Below are positions 18,530 through 28,900 of a stretch of DNA of 49,190 nt, piece by piece. Under the pieces are notes generated by a model, which was given only the letters and a program-made list of their open reading frames with translations, did not search any database and had not been told where the DNA came from. Origin of the DNA: Thermoplasmata archaeon (GTDB taxonomy: Archaea; Thermoplasmatota; Thermoplasmata; Halarchaeoplasmatales; Halarchaeoplasmataceae); contig JAFDUB010000001.1 in the NCBI GenBank assembly GCA_019594025.1, positions 1 to 49,190 of the forward strand, given 5' to 3'. The position numbers and the translations under genes were made by a program. Every line of letters starts with the position of its first letter. Position 1 is the first letter of the stretch.

Positions 18530-19648
18530 ATGAAAGATGGAAAATCGATAGGCGTACTACGTTTCCCGTGCACTGCGGCCGGTGCCAAGCCAATGTACGA
18601 CCTGGTGTCGATCCTCGAAGAATTGTTTGAGCGGGTCTGTGTGATCTCCGGAAACGATGCTTTCAAGGAATTCGATTTTAGTGATGATGTTGAGTTACAT
18701 AAAGTGTTCCATCCATCAAGTAGATCTACACCCATACGGACCATTCGATTTATATTGACACAGATCAGACTGGGGATCAGTTTACTGGGAGCAAAGGACG
18801 TTGATTCTTTTATTTTCTTCGACGCAAATCCCCTTATCATACCTATGATTCTTGGTAAATTGTTTAAAAAAAACATTCATCTGATATTAACCGGCTATCC
18901 GGCAACCAGGGAGAATATCATCCCGGATAAAGATGATGATATATCGAGTCCTTTTTGGAATCTTTACCTTTCATTATCGGATGGAATAATACTTTACACC
19001 CCCAGACTTATACGCGAATGGGATCTGGAGGAATACAGATATAAAATATCTATAGCACACCGACACATTATAGATGTTGATAATTTAAAGATTGAGAAAA
19101 ATTGGAAAGAGAGAGTATTCGACTTGGGCTATATAGGACGTTTTTCAACAAAAAAGAATGTGATGGGATTTTTGAAATCTGTGTCTTATTTAACCGACGA
19201 TGGGAAAAAATATAAGATTTTGTTAGGGGGAGATGGTAACGAAAAAGAAAGAGCGATGGATTTCATAGAAAAAGAAGATTTAGAGAAATACATCACCAAT
19301 ACAGGATGGATATCCCGGGACGAATTACCTTATTATCTAAACGATCTGAAGTTGCTGGTAATACCTTCTTATTTCGAAGGATTACCGAACATGATGCTCG
19401 AGGCCATGGCGTGTGGTACGATCGTATTGGCATCTAGAGTGGGATCCATACCAGATATAATCGAAGACGGGAAAAACGGGTTCTTATTGGATGATAATTC
19501 TCCTCAAAGTATCAAAAAAGGTGTGATGCGAACGTTTGGACATGAATACCTAGAGCATATCCAGATGAATGCACGAAAAACGGTTGAAACGGGATTCTGT
19601 AGAAACGCAACGATTAAAAATGTTAAAAGGGTGATGGAGCGGATATGA
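18530..19648 (+). CDS. Glycosyltransferase family 4-like (GT-B)
   Basis: 372 aa whose C-terminal half carries EGLPNMMLEAMACGTIVLASRVGS (E-x7-E). Confidence 0.75.
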   Translation: MKDGKSIGVLRFPCTAAGAKPMYDLVSILEELFERVCVISGNDAFKEFDFSDDVELHKVFHPSSRSTPIRTIRFILTQIRLGISLLGAKDVDSFIFFDANPLIIPMILGKLFKKNIHLILTGYPATRENIIPDKDDDISSPFWNLYLSLSDGIILYTPRLIREWDLEEYRYKISIAHRHIIDVDNLKIEKNWKERVFDLGYIGRFSTKKNVMGFLKSVSYLTDDGKKYKILLGGDGNEKERAMDFIEKEDLEKYITNTGWISRDELPYYLNDLKLLVIPSYFEGLPNMMLEAMACGTIVLASRVGSIPDIIEDGKNGFLLDDNSPQSIKKGVMRTFGHEYLEHIQMNARKTVETGFCRNATIKNVKRVMERI

Positions 19649-20571
19649 GGACGGATGGACGACAAGAAAGCGAAACAAGATATGTTAGTGTCGTGATACC
19701 TACATACAACCGAGCGGGGATGCTAAAGCGTGCTATCGAATCTGTTCTAAGGCAGAGTTATAAAAATTTTGAGATCATAGTTATAGACGATAACTCCCGA
19801 GACAAAACAAAAGAGACGATGAAAAGCTTCAATGACGACAGAATTCGCTATATAAAAAATAAAGAAAATCTTGGGGGTTCTGCAGCAAGAAATATTGGAA
19901 TAAAGAACGCTAAACATTACTATATCGCTTTTTTAGATGATGACGATGAATGGTTACCTAAAAAATTGGAAAAACAGGTCAAATTATTGAACTTCCTTTC
20001 TAAGGACTTTTGCGGAGTTTATTGCGGTACAGCACGTTATAAAGATGGTAAGCAAATTAAAATTCAAAATCCAATCCACGAAGGAGATATATTCGAGGAA
20101 CTATTATACGAAAACTATATCGGTTCGACTTCTTCGGTGTTGGTCAGAAAGAGCGCTTTGATGGAGGTAGGAGGATTCAACGAAGAGCTACCTGCCAGCC
20201 AGGATCTAGAACTTTATCTGAGATTGGCGAAGAGATATAAATTCAAAGCAGTAAAAGAAGTTCTGTTAAAATATCATCTACATGAGAGTGACCAGATTAA
20301 AAATAATTTATCCGGATATCTACAGGCTAAAAAATATGTCTATGAAAAGTATAAGGATGATATAACTAAAGATAAAAGATTGTGGAGTGTCAACCTATAT
20401 CAGATCGCCATAGTCGAGTTACTGATGGGAAGAAAAAAACGTGCAAAAAAATTAGTTAACAGGGCATGGCGCATAGATCCGATGAACTTGAAACATCTTT
20501 TCGTATCTACTTTACTTTACATATCTCCCCGATTGTATTTGATGTTCAGAAACTGGTTCTCAAAAGAGTAG
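19645..20571 (+). CDS. Glycosyltransferase family 2
   Basis: VSVVIPTYNRAGML..., IIVIDDNSRD and a DDDDEW (DXD) motif. It overlaps the previous gene by 4 nt. Confidence 0.85.
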   Translation: MRTDGRQESETRYVSVVIPTYNRAGMLKRAIESVLRQSYKNFEIIVIDDNSRDKTKETMKSFNDDRIRYIKNKENLGGSAARNIGIKNAKHYYIAFLDDDDEWLPKKLEKQVKLLNFLSKDFCGVYCGTARYKDGKQIKIQNPIHEGDIFEELLYENYIGSTSSVLVRKSALMEVGGFNEELPASQDLELYLRLAKRYKFKAVKEVLLKYHLHESDQIKNNLSGYLQAKKYVYEKYKDDITKDKRLWSVNLYQIAIVELLMGRKKRAKKLVNRAWRIDPMNLKHLFVSTLLYISPRLYLMFRNWFSKE

Positions 20572-20640
20572 GTCGATGATATGTAAAATCTTAAAAAGCG
20601 CACAGTTATTATCATAACGAAAAATTATAGGTAAAGAAAA

Positions 20641-22098
20641 ATGTCTAAAAAATTGTATACCGATATGGTGAGTACCACAGGCGCATATATCTTTGTAACT
20701 GTTGTAGGTGTAATATCCGGCGTTCTGTTCCCTCGGTTGTTGGGCCCGGATGAATGGGGCTTATGGGCGATAACGGTAGGCTTGGTTGGTATTCTTGGAC
20801 CTATTGCACAGTTAGCTATGAGTACCACCATTGTAACGTACATATCAAAATATAAAAAAGACAAAAAAAAGGTAACATCACTTGTGAACTCCGCCTATGT
20901 AGTAGCGATAATTGCGAGTTTTACAGTGTCTGTATCCCTGATCCTTCTTAGTGACTATTTAGCCGGGTCGGTATTTGGAGATGTAAGATTGAGAACTTTC
21001 TTTTTGCTGGGCGCTGGAATAATCTTCCTTGACCAATTAAATATAATAAATAGGGATTATTTTAGAGGGTTTAAAAATTTTAAGATGTACAACGCACTCA
21101 AAATCATCCCTACTTTATCGTTATTTTTACTCACCCTTTCACTTATTGTCCTTTTTTCTTACAGGGCGATACACTTGGTAATTTCTCAAGTAATTGTTTT
21201 TTCCATCACTTGCATATTGGTATTGGTCTACCTATTTAGATATGAATCTACTTTTAAACAGTTTAAGATACCTAGGAAAAAAGAAACTGTAATGATATTG
21301 AAGTTCGGTATACCATTGATATTCGCCATGACTTTCATCACTATCATGAAATCTATAGATCGTATGTTGATCGGTTATTTTTTAGGTACCATCGATGTAG
21401 GCATATATTCTGTCGCATCCGTTATACCATTGATGCTGGCAAGCGTGCTAGCCCCCATAAGTATCGTTTTACTTCCCACCTTTTCTGAGAGGAAGGTAGA
21501 AGGTATATCTTCTTCAACGCTTCTTAATGAAATACTATCGTTGTTATTATATATATCAATACCTTTGATAATATTCATACATATTTTTAGTGAAGATATA
21601 TTGTTGATCGTTTATGGTACGGAATATACCATAGGCGCATTGGTCTTATCGATCGCCTCATTTGAAATACTTCTCTTCGGCGGATACATACTATTCAGAA
21701 CATCGGTACAAGCGGCAGAAAAGACCGTTAAGATGGCACTAGGTATCGGCGGTGTAGCCGGCACGAATATAGTATTAAATGTGATATTGATACCTCGGAT
21801 AGGCATAGAAGGTGCCGCGCTAGGCACAGTTTTCTCTTTCGTTCTTCTATTTTTCTTCATGATCTACGAGGTAAAGAACAATTACAACTTGGACATCTCA
21901 AAAATAGACGCGAACTTTCTCACATTATTAGCTCTTTCTTTGCTTATATCTGGTTTCCTTATTCATAGATTCTTTAGCGGGTTTTATTCCTTTACCCTCG
22001 CCCTGATAACTTTCATCGGTATATGGTCGTTATTTGTCCATATTTCGTCTCCTAGGTGGTATAAAGAGATGATGGGCTATATACGAGATTTATTTTGA
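20641..22098 (+). CDS. Polysaccharide/oligosaccharide flippase (MOP superfamily, Wzx-like)
   Basis: 485 aa, about 12-14 hydrophobic helices, located directly after three glycosyltransferase genes. Confidence 0.72.
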   Translation: MSKKLYTDMVSTTGAYIFVTVVGVISGVLFPRLLGPDEWGLWAITVGLVGILGPIAQLAMSTTIVTYISKYKKDKKKVTSLVNSAYVVAIIASFTVSVSLILLSDYLAGSVFGDVRLRTFFLLGAGIIFLDQLNIINRDYFRGFKNFKMYNALKIIPTLSLFLLTLSLIVLFSYRAIHLVISQVIVFSITCILVLVYLFRYESTFKQFKIPRKKETVMILKFGIPLIFAMTFITIMKSIDRMLIGYFLGTIDVGIYSVASVIPLMLASVLAPISIVLLPTFSERKVEGISSSTLLNEILSLLLYISIPLIIFIHIFSEDILLIVYGTEYTIGALVLSIASFEILLFGGYILFRTSVQAAEKTVKMALGIGGVAGTNIVLNVILIPRIGIEGAALGTVFSFVLLFFFMIYEVKNNYNLDISKIDANFLTLLALSLLISGFLIHRFFSGFYSFTLALITFIGIWSLFVHISSPRWYKEMMGYIRDLF

Positions 22099-22100
22099 TC

Positions 22101-23099
22101 TCAGCTAGACATTATATAGTTAATACTGATCTCAGATATATCCGATGCATAGGAACCGGTTCGGGAAATACTTTCAATTATGTAAGATAGGGGGGCAACG
22201 TCCTCCCGGTGCTCTTCCTTAATGTTTTTCATGAGCTCATCGTTTATCTTATCCAATTTCTTTCGCATATCGATGGAATGATTTGCATCATCTAAATTTT
22301 CTTCAAAGAATGCCTCAGATGCCTCTTCCATTATCTCTAAAGCTAGCTCACTTTCCTTTTTTATCCCATTTTTGAGTTCCTCTCCAAACCCATCAGAGAG
22401 CATCAATGTATTCTCGGCTATGCGAGCTGCGTGGTCTCCTATTCGCTCCATGGTTCGGGAGACAAGCATGTAACTCAAACTCCTTTCTTTCGATATCTTT
22501 AAGCTTTCAAGTAATCGTGGATTCGTAAGAACCATGTTGTAATGTTTTGTGATCATCCAGAACAATCTGTCACAGTCCGTATCTCTGGATATAACATCCT
22601 TAGCTAGCTCTTCATCATTCTCTAAAAATGCTTTAATCGCGTCCTGGTGCATCTTTTTTACTATCAAATACATCCTCCTTAACCCCTTTCTCTGGGAGAA
22701 CTCCGATGGATCGATGAGATCTTTAAGAATTACTCTGCTGTTGGACTCCTCGATTATCTCCGGGCCGATAACCATCCTTGTAAACTGCATTATAGCACTT
22801 CTTAATTCCGGCTTAATTTCTCCCTTAGCCTCCAATTTGATTTCGGAATAACCTGCCATGTACGTACCGATTAGAGACCTGATCAACGACGTGGGACTTT
22901 CCTTTGAAATATCCATTTCTTTAACATTCGCCTTTTTCTCGAACTCCCTTTCAGGGCTAACCACAATCGAGCCGTCGCTTTGAATGGATAGAACTACTGG
23001 ATCACCCGGCTTCAACTCTTTATCTGTCACCCATGGTTTAGGAAGAGAGACTATAAACGTAGAACCACCGGTTAACTGTACCTTTCTAGTTTCAATCAT
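22101..23099 (-). CDS. Phosphate uptake regulator, AbrB/SpoVT domain + PhoU repeats
   Basis: The N-terminus RKVQLTGGSTFIVSLPKPWV is a SpoVT/AbrB-like swapped hairpin. Two PhoU-like helical repeats follow (ERIGDHAARIAE, ISRTGSYASDISE). Confidence 0.8.
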   Translation of the reverse strand: MIETRKVQLTGGSTFIVSLPKPWVTDKELKPGDPVVLSIQSDGSIVVSPEREFEKKANVKEMDISKESPTSLIRSLIGTYMAGYSEIKLEAKGEIKPELRSAIMQFTRMVIGPEIIEESNSRVILKDLIDPSEFSQRKGLRRMYLIVKKMHQDAIKAFLENDEELAKDVISRDTDCDRLFWMITKHYNMVLTNPRLLESLKISKERSLSYMLVSRTMERIGDHAARIAENTLMLSDGFGEELKNGIKKESELALEIMEEASEAFFEENLDDANHSIDMRKKLDKINDELMKNIKEEHREDVAPLSYIIESISRTGSYASDISEISINYIMSS

Positions 23100-23118
23100 C
23101 GAAAGCTTAGCGTTCGAT

Positions 23119-23148
23119 ATCTATTTAGTTTTACCGCAATCTATTTAG
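23119..23148. repeat. 10-bp direct repeat ATCTATTTAG x2 with 20-bp periodicity upstream of the AbrB-PhoU gene
   Basis: Read directly. The copies are at 23119..23128 and 23139..23148, in the 59-nt gap between the DUF47 stop and the phoU-like start. Confidence 0.6.
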
Positions 23149-23158
23149 AAAGAGTGGT

Positions 23159-23848
23159 TCATTTGTTTTCTGTTGTTGCAACCAGCATATCGGCGACGTT
23201 CTCCGCATGGTCCGCTATTGAATCCATCCTATCAACTACCTTCAAAAGATGTATCGCGGTAAGGGGACTTTCGTCGTAATTGAATAACCATCGGGAAATT
23301 CTAGATTCTATTTTATCCGCTTCGTATTCCATCTGACATATCTGTTCATGTAACTCTCTAGTTTTTTCCTTAGATGATTTGCTGAAAGAGGTATTGAGCA
23401 CCTCGGTAAAAGTGTCCATAATCATATCATATGCTTTAGCGGCATCGAATATCTTGTCTGCGAATTGCTTGAAATCGTCGGATATGGTTTCGGGAATTTC
23501 TTCTTTCCTCATGGGTAATAGAACGCTCACGTTTTCAGCATTATCTATGATAGCGTCCGCTTCTTTCAACAATTTCATAAAGTCCTCTCGCCTCATGGGC
23601 ATGAAAATGAAGCGGGGTAGGTTTTCCCATATCTTCATCTTCACTTGATCTGCTTTGTGTTCTATTTTAGAGACCTTTTCAAAGTGGTCTTCCGCCATCT
23701 CAAATTCACCATCAACATACAACTTGATACCTTTTTTGAGCTCTTGTATTCCCAATTTGGTCAACTCTGCATGCTTACAAAGTCCATCGAAGGGTGATTT
23801 AAAGAAGGTATCTTCAAGACTTGCTCTCCTAAATTTTGCTCCCATCAT
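23159..23848 (-). CDS. DUF47 / TIGR00153-type PiT-associated PhoU-like protein
   Basis: 229 aa helical protein immediately downstream of the PiT transporter gene (18-nt gap), the usual partner arrangement. Confidence 0.72.
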   Translation of the reverse strand: MMGAKFRRASLEDTFFKSPFDGLCKHAELTKLGIQELKKGIKLYVDGEFEMAEDHFEKVSKIEHKADQVKMKIWENLPRFIFMPMRREDFMKLLKEADAIIDNAENVSVLLPMRKEEIPETISDDFKQFADKIFDAAKAYDMIMDTFTEVLNTSFSKSSKEKTRELHEQICQMEYEADKIESRISRWLFNYDESPLTAIHLLKVVDRMDSIADHAENVADMLVATTENK

Positions 23849-23866
23849 TTACACCTCTTTCTACCA

Positions 23867-25117
23867 TTATACAAAAAAATTCATTCCTAAATAGATTATT
23901 ACGCAAGTTATAGCTGCGATTGGCACCGTTATTAGCCATGAGATTACTATCCTCCTTATAACTGATAAATCTATCGCTTCTAACCCCCTTGCCAATCCCA
24001 CGCCCACCACCGCACCAACTACGGTATGACTAGTTGAGATCGGCATTCCCAGTTTACTAGCTACAAGTATCGTCGTTGCCGCACCGAAGTCAACGGCAAA
24101 ACCCCTGCTATTCGTCAGTTTGGTAACGCTAAAACCTACCGTTTTCATGACACGGTAACCCCAGGTAGAAATACCGATAGCTATACCTACCCCGCCCATC
24201 AGCAGCAGGTAATTTCCGCTTAAATAAAAAGGAAGAGGTTCACCTATAGGCATTGCATTTTCCACAGCAAGCATTAAAGGCCCGATGGCATTTGCAACGT
24301 CGTTGGCACCATGAGAGAATGCCACGAAACAAGAAGTGATTATCTGCAGATTCTTAAACACATTTTCGACACCCTCGTAATCATCTCCCCTTTCTATCCC
24401 TCTTACAAGGATCGGTTTTCCGATTATACCAAACAACCCGCCGATAGCTAATGATAGTACGATAGCTTCGAGGTTCGTTGGATATCTGCCAAATAATCTA
24501 AATGAAAGTGCCGTCTGGTACAACAAAGATAATGAAATTATAAAAAAGGTGGCTCCTATGAAAAGGGGACTTATTTTTTTGATAGTATTAAAAGGGTCTT
24601 CACTGTTAAAAATAATCCGAACTATTAGGCTGAATATGAGAAAGGAGATGATCGCCCCGGAGATCGGGGAGGTTATCCAACTCAATATTACTCTTCCCAA
24701 TGTATCCCATCCTATTATAGATGGTCCTCCGGCAACCAAACCGAAACCCAGCATCGCTCCAATGATCGAATGGGATGTTGATATGGGGAGAGATTTCCAT
24801 GTAGCAACCGTTACCCACAATGCGGCGGCAATAACCGCGGATAAAGAACCTAAAGCTAGAGCGGTCCTTGGGACTGCTTCAGGGTCGAAAATTCCACCCT
24901 TTACAGTCGCAGTGACGTGTTCGCCTACTAAAACTGCTCCCAACACAGTTAGTATCGATGCGATAATAATAGCCTGTTTGTATGTTATTGCCTTTGCACC
25001 TACAGCGGTGGACATGGAATTAGCAACATCGTTAGCACCGATGTTCCAAGCCATGTAAAGGCCGCCGGCTAGGGCGGTAGCCAGTACTGCGGCCTGAAAA
25101 GTTATAGAACTTAACAT
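23867..25117 (-). CDS. Inorganic phosphate transporter, PiT family
   Basis: 416 aa polytopic protein with the duplicated signature GANDVAN (GANDVANSMSTAVG and GANDVANAIGP). Confidence 0.9.
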   Translation of the reverse strand: MLSSITFQAAVLATALAGGLYMAWNIGANDVANSMSTAVGAKAITYKQAIIIASILTVLGAVLVGEHVTATVKGGIFDPEAVPRTALALGSLSAVIAAALWVTVATWKSLPISTSHSIIGAMLGFGLVAGGPSIIGWDTLGRVILSWITSPISGAIISFLIFSLIVRIIFNSEDPFNTIKKISPLFIGATFFIISLSLLYQTALSFRLFGRYPTNLEAIVLSLAIGGLFGIIGKPILVRGIERGDDYEGVENVFKNLQIITSCFVAFSHGANDVANAIGPLMLAVENAMPIGEPLPFYLSGNYLLLMGGVGIAIGISTWGYRVMKTVGFSVTKLTNSRGFAVDFGAATTILVASKLGMPISTSHTVVGAVVGVGLARGLEAIDLSVIRRIVISWLITVPIAAITCVIIYLGMNFFV

Positions 25118-25156
25118 ACAATAGGTGCTAAATGGAGTACATATTTCAATTTACCT

Positions 25157-25180
25157 TATATAGTCTATATATACTATATA
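25157..25180 (-). promoter_or_regulatory. AT-rich palindrome TATATAGT-N8-ACTATATA; probable TATA-box region of the PiT operon
   Basis: Read directly, 40-63 nt upstream of the PiT ATG (25117). It contains TATA-box-like TATATAG on both strands. Confidence 0.4.
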
Positions 25181-25191
25181 GAAGTTTATTT

Positions 25192-25875
25192 TTATTCCAC
25201 TATAGTTCCATGGAAGTCTTTATCACCGATAGCTGAAGATAAGTTCTCTAAATCATCCCCTGAGAGGATGTAGGCTTTGATCCGAGCTCTTTTAATTATC
25301 TTCGCAGCTAAGGGATCGAAAACAACGTTCGGCCCGGCACCGCCTTCGACCTTTTCTACTATGGATATCAATGAATCATAGTCCAGTTCATCGTACCTCT
25401 CCGCCTTTTCATTCTTACGCGGGTCCTCGGAGTAAACACCGTCTACCGAGGTGACGTTGATGAGACGTTTACATCTAAGCCTCTCGGCCAGCATGGCGGA
25501 GACCGCATCGGTGGTATGTCCAGGGTGTGTCCCGCCCATTACCACCATCGGGTAATGCCTGCCGGCCATCATGGCTTCGTGGAAGTTTCTAGCCGGTGTG
25601 GGGTTAACGTCTTTTCCCAAAGCTAGGGAAAGTAATTTGGCGTTTAGACGTGAAACTGATATGCCCAACTCGTCCAATGAAGCTTCGTCAGCTTCTAATT
25701 CTCGACCCCAATTGATATACTTCCTAGCGATCCAGCCTCCTCCGACAACAAGATAAAGTGAATAGGATTTAGAGCATATTCGAAGAGTATCGGCTAGAGA
25801 TCGCAGGTAAGATACATCACGGTCCTTGGGTAACATTATAGACCCACCGATAGATACTACGATTTCTTCTTTCAC
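25192..25875 (-). CDS. pyrH: UMP kinase (archaeal type)
   Basis: IVVSIGGS..., VVGGG and the GGTHPGHTTDAV motif. The conserved core begins right after a GTG at 25875 that is preceded by AGGTG. The ATG at 25968 used by the ORF track would add 31 non-conserved residues and overlap the upstream gene. Confidence 0.85.
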   Translation of the reverse strand: MKEEIVVSIGGSIMLPKDRDVSYLRSLADTLRICSKSYSLYLVVGGGWIARKYINWGRELEADEASLDELGISVSRLNAKLLSLALGKDVNPTPARNFHEAMMAGRHYPMVVMGGTHPGHTTDAVSAMLAERLRCKRLINVTSVDGVYSEDPRKNEKAERYDELDYDSLISIVEKVEGGAGPNVVFDPLAAKIIKRARIKAYILSGDDLENLSSAIGDKDFHGTIVE

Positions 25876-25925
25876 TGTAACACCTGTAGGGATAAAGTGA
25901 TTTGCTATATAAATGGATACGGTAA

Positions 25926-28900
25926 TCACTCCTTTTTCTTGGTGACTAAAGAGAAAATCGTTATACATAGCAGTATAACGATAAACCAGCCTAAACTGGT
26001 GAACTCAGGTATGTTGGGTGAGATCATGAACGGCTCTAAACGTATCGAAGTGTCGATACCTGATAGGATATTGGTATGCTCCATCTGGAAATCCCATGAA
26101 TCTTCAGTTCGGTTATAGGTCCATGAGGCTAGAGTGTCGTCCATCATAGCTACAAGGAAAATGTCTCCTCTTGTATCCTGTATAAGCTGTATCCTCTCCG
26201 GATAGTCCACGTTCTCGTAAGTTATACTTCCAATCTCTCCCCAGTTTCCTTCGTGGTACCTGCGGTATACTGGATATCCATATTCTTCAGTACCCCAGAC
26301 GAGTATAACTGTGTCCTGAACCGAGGAATCGTACAACAGGTCGAAACATCTGTTCCCCAACGTGAAAGTGTCCTGATCATGAGTTGTTTCGTCTACAAAG
26401 TTGTTGTCTTCGATCTTTAATGTTTTCAAAGGCCATGAGTTTTCAGTCTCATAACTCACCGCTATGGTCATTCCATCTCCGCTGGGATCCGGTGCAACCG
26501 ATATCCATCTGCCTTCTCCTCCAATATCGTAGCTGAATTCCGTTCCCCAACCCTCCTCAGGTCTCCACAATCTCATGTACAATTGACTGCTGCCGTCCCT
26601 GCCCCACACAAACAGAGCGTTACCCGCGTTATCGAAGGTAATGTCCTCACTCGGTAGTATCTCCCCATTCATCGCTGGTACCGGCCCATCGTCCAAAGCC
26701 TGTAGGTCGATCATCTCGTTCCCGTCCCATATCAAGCCGACTCGATGGTTATTTTCGAAATGGAATGTGTTATAAGCAGTTAAAAAGATGGCGATATCGT
26801 CGCTGACTGGTGAAGAGGATGTTTCGATCCAGTCTATTTGACACATGGCCCGGGCGAGATCGTACATGATTTCTTCCGACCACGACGCATTTTCCCTGTC
26901 CCACGTTCTATAGTTGAAGAAAGAACGAGGCTCGTCTTCATCCGCGGTAGCGTTGTAGTAGATTATATGCCCCTGTCCGGTGAGACCCTCGTAGGCCACA
27001 TCGAAAACTCGATGTGTACTGTCAACTCCTATGTTCATGGCGATGGGTTCTGCACCGGTCCAATCTGTTCCATTCCAAACGTTGGCAAATATATGAACCC
27101 CTCCATCGGCGTCCTCCACTTGAACCGCAATTATCTTTTCTTCCAAAGTAGGATTCTGCCGGTTTACCAACCATTGTATTTCAGGTCCACCAATTTGCCC
27201 CTCTTCGGTTCCACCCCAGTTCTCCCCATCCCACCATGAGTACTCGAAGTCTCCATCTCCGATTCCATAGGATATCAAAACCTCCGACATCTCCTCCATG
27301 AGCTCTTCGTAATCCCGGATCTCAGCATTCCGAACTGACCTATGAGGTGAAAGAACAACCCGATCCCCTCGTCCTTCCCAGTTGATTGTTTTGATGAGAC
27401 CGGTTTCAAAAGATGTACCACCAGCATAAATTTCCAGTTGATTGTACCATTTAGCACACTCCGGTTCGCTCTCTTCCTCTATCCATTCACCGTTTTCATT
27501 ATAGTAGGAGGTAACATAAAGTATTTCGCCGTACTGCCCCCTTACAACCACTTTTCTGTCCGCGTCGCTGCCGTTATATAACATTCCAGAACCATCTTCG
27601 TCTATGTAAAATATGACTTCATCTTCTCCAGATATTCTTTCAACCACGGGGTCGGGTTCTACAGGGTCGGGCTCGTAATCTGGAGTGTACACATCAACCC
27701 CTTCCGGTATGGCGGTTCCCTGGAGAACCCTGCCTCTTGTTTTCACGTAAAAGAAGATATCCTCCTCGATATATCCATATTCTATAATATCAACGTTAGC
27801 TGGTAGGTTGTATTCCACACTGTGCTCCTCTTTTAAATCCTCCCATTCAACAAAAACACCGTCTATTTGCGCTTCATATGAAACTTCTTCAAAATAATAG
27901 GAACGTGGTTCACCGGATATCGTTGTCACAGCTTCAGTTTCCACATCCTTTACCTGTACGGTAATAATCTCATCGGGGGTCGCGGTACCGTTAACTGTAA
28001 TTCTTATGCTGGTGTTTTTCTCCACTAACAAGGGATAATCTACATCAACCTCTACGGTCTCGAAATTACCGTTAAATGAGATGTCTTGAACCGTCACTTC
28101 ATCACCTCTAGCGGTCAAGTTAAGCACCAGTATGTCTTCATCAGGCGAGATCACATGGTCGTTTACAGGACTGTGTTGATAAATTGACAATGAAGGTTTT
28201 CCGGGGACGATGACATGGTCGCTGTGAGCCTCTACTCCCTTTGAATCCCTTGAGACAATATATATTTCTACGTCCTCTTCGTCCTGAACGGTAACGTGAG
28301 GAATCGAGAACTCCAATTCGTTTTCCACTTTAGCGACGTCTATATTACCTATAATCTCCCAATCATTCCAGTTTCTTTGGTCGGTTCGATTTTCGTACTG
28401 ATATACAGCTCCAAAAATTTCATTCTCCCATCCCTGCACCTTTACCAGATAATTAGCCTTTATGGTGGGTGTGTAGTAATGGTTTTGGTCTTCGTCCGTG
28501 GTGATATTAAGGAAGAAGTAGAATGAATCCATGTTCCCTTCTTCATCTCCAACCAGTATTTCCTCCTCCGTTCGGATATAGAAGAACAAACGTTCGTCAC
28601 AAGTAGTCACAGCGCTTTCTTCGATGCTGACGCTGGACGATATCTCTTCAAGTTGGAAACTATAGGTGTCTATTTCTCTCCAATCTTCAAAATCACCGTC
28701 AATGACCATCCTTTCATCATCTTCGAAGGGAGAATAGAACAAGAAAAAGGCAAAGGATGATATTATTATCAATGTAATAACGAAAAGTGCGACGGGAGCT
28801 TTTTTCCTTTCTGTTTTCCGTCTCTTCGTTTTAACGGGTCCTGCGGATTTTCTTCCATTAACTAAACCACCTCCAATCTCCACATCCCTTGCACGCAAAC

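Noticed and set aside
25876-25968. N-terminal extension of pyrH (ATG at 25968) as given by the ORF track.
   Set aside because: The extra 31 residues (MYNDFLFSHQEKGVITVSIYIANHFIPTGVT) are not UMP-kinase-like and overlap the 3' end of the 1237-aa gene. A GTG at 25875 with an upstream AGGTG fits the conserved N-terminus.
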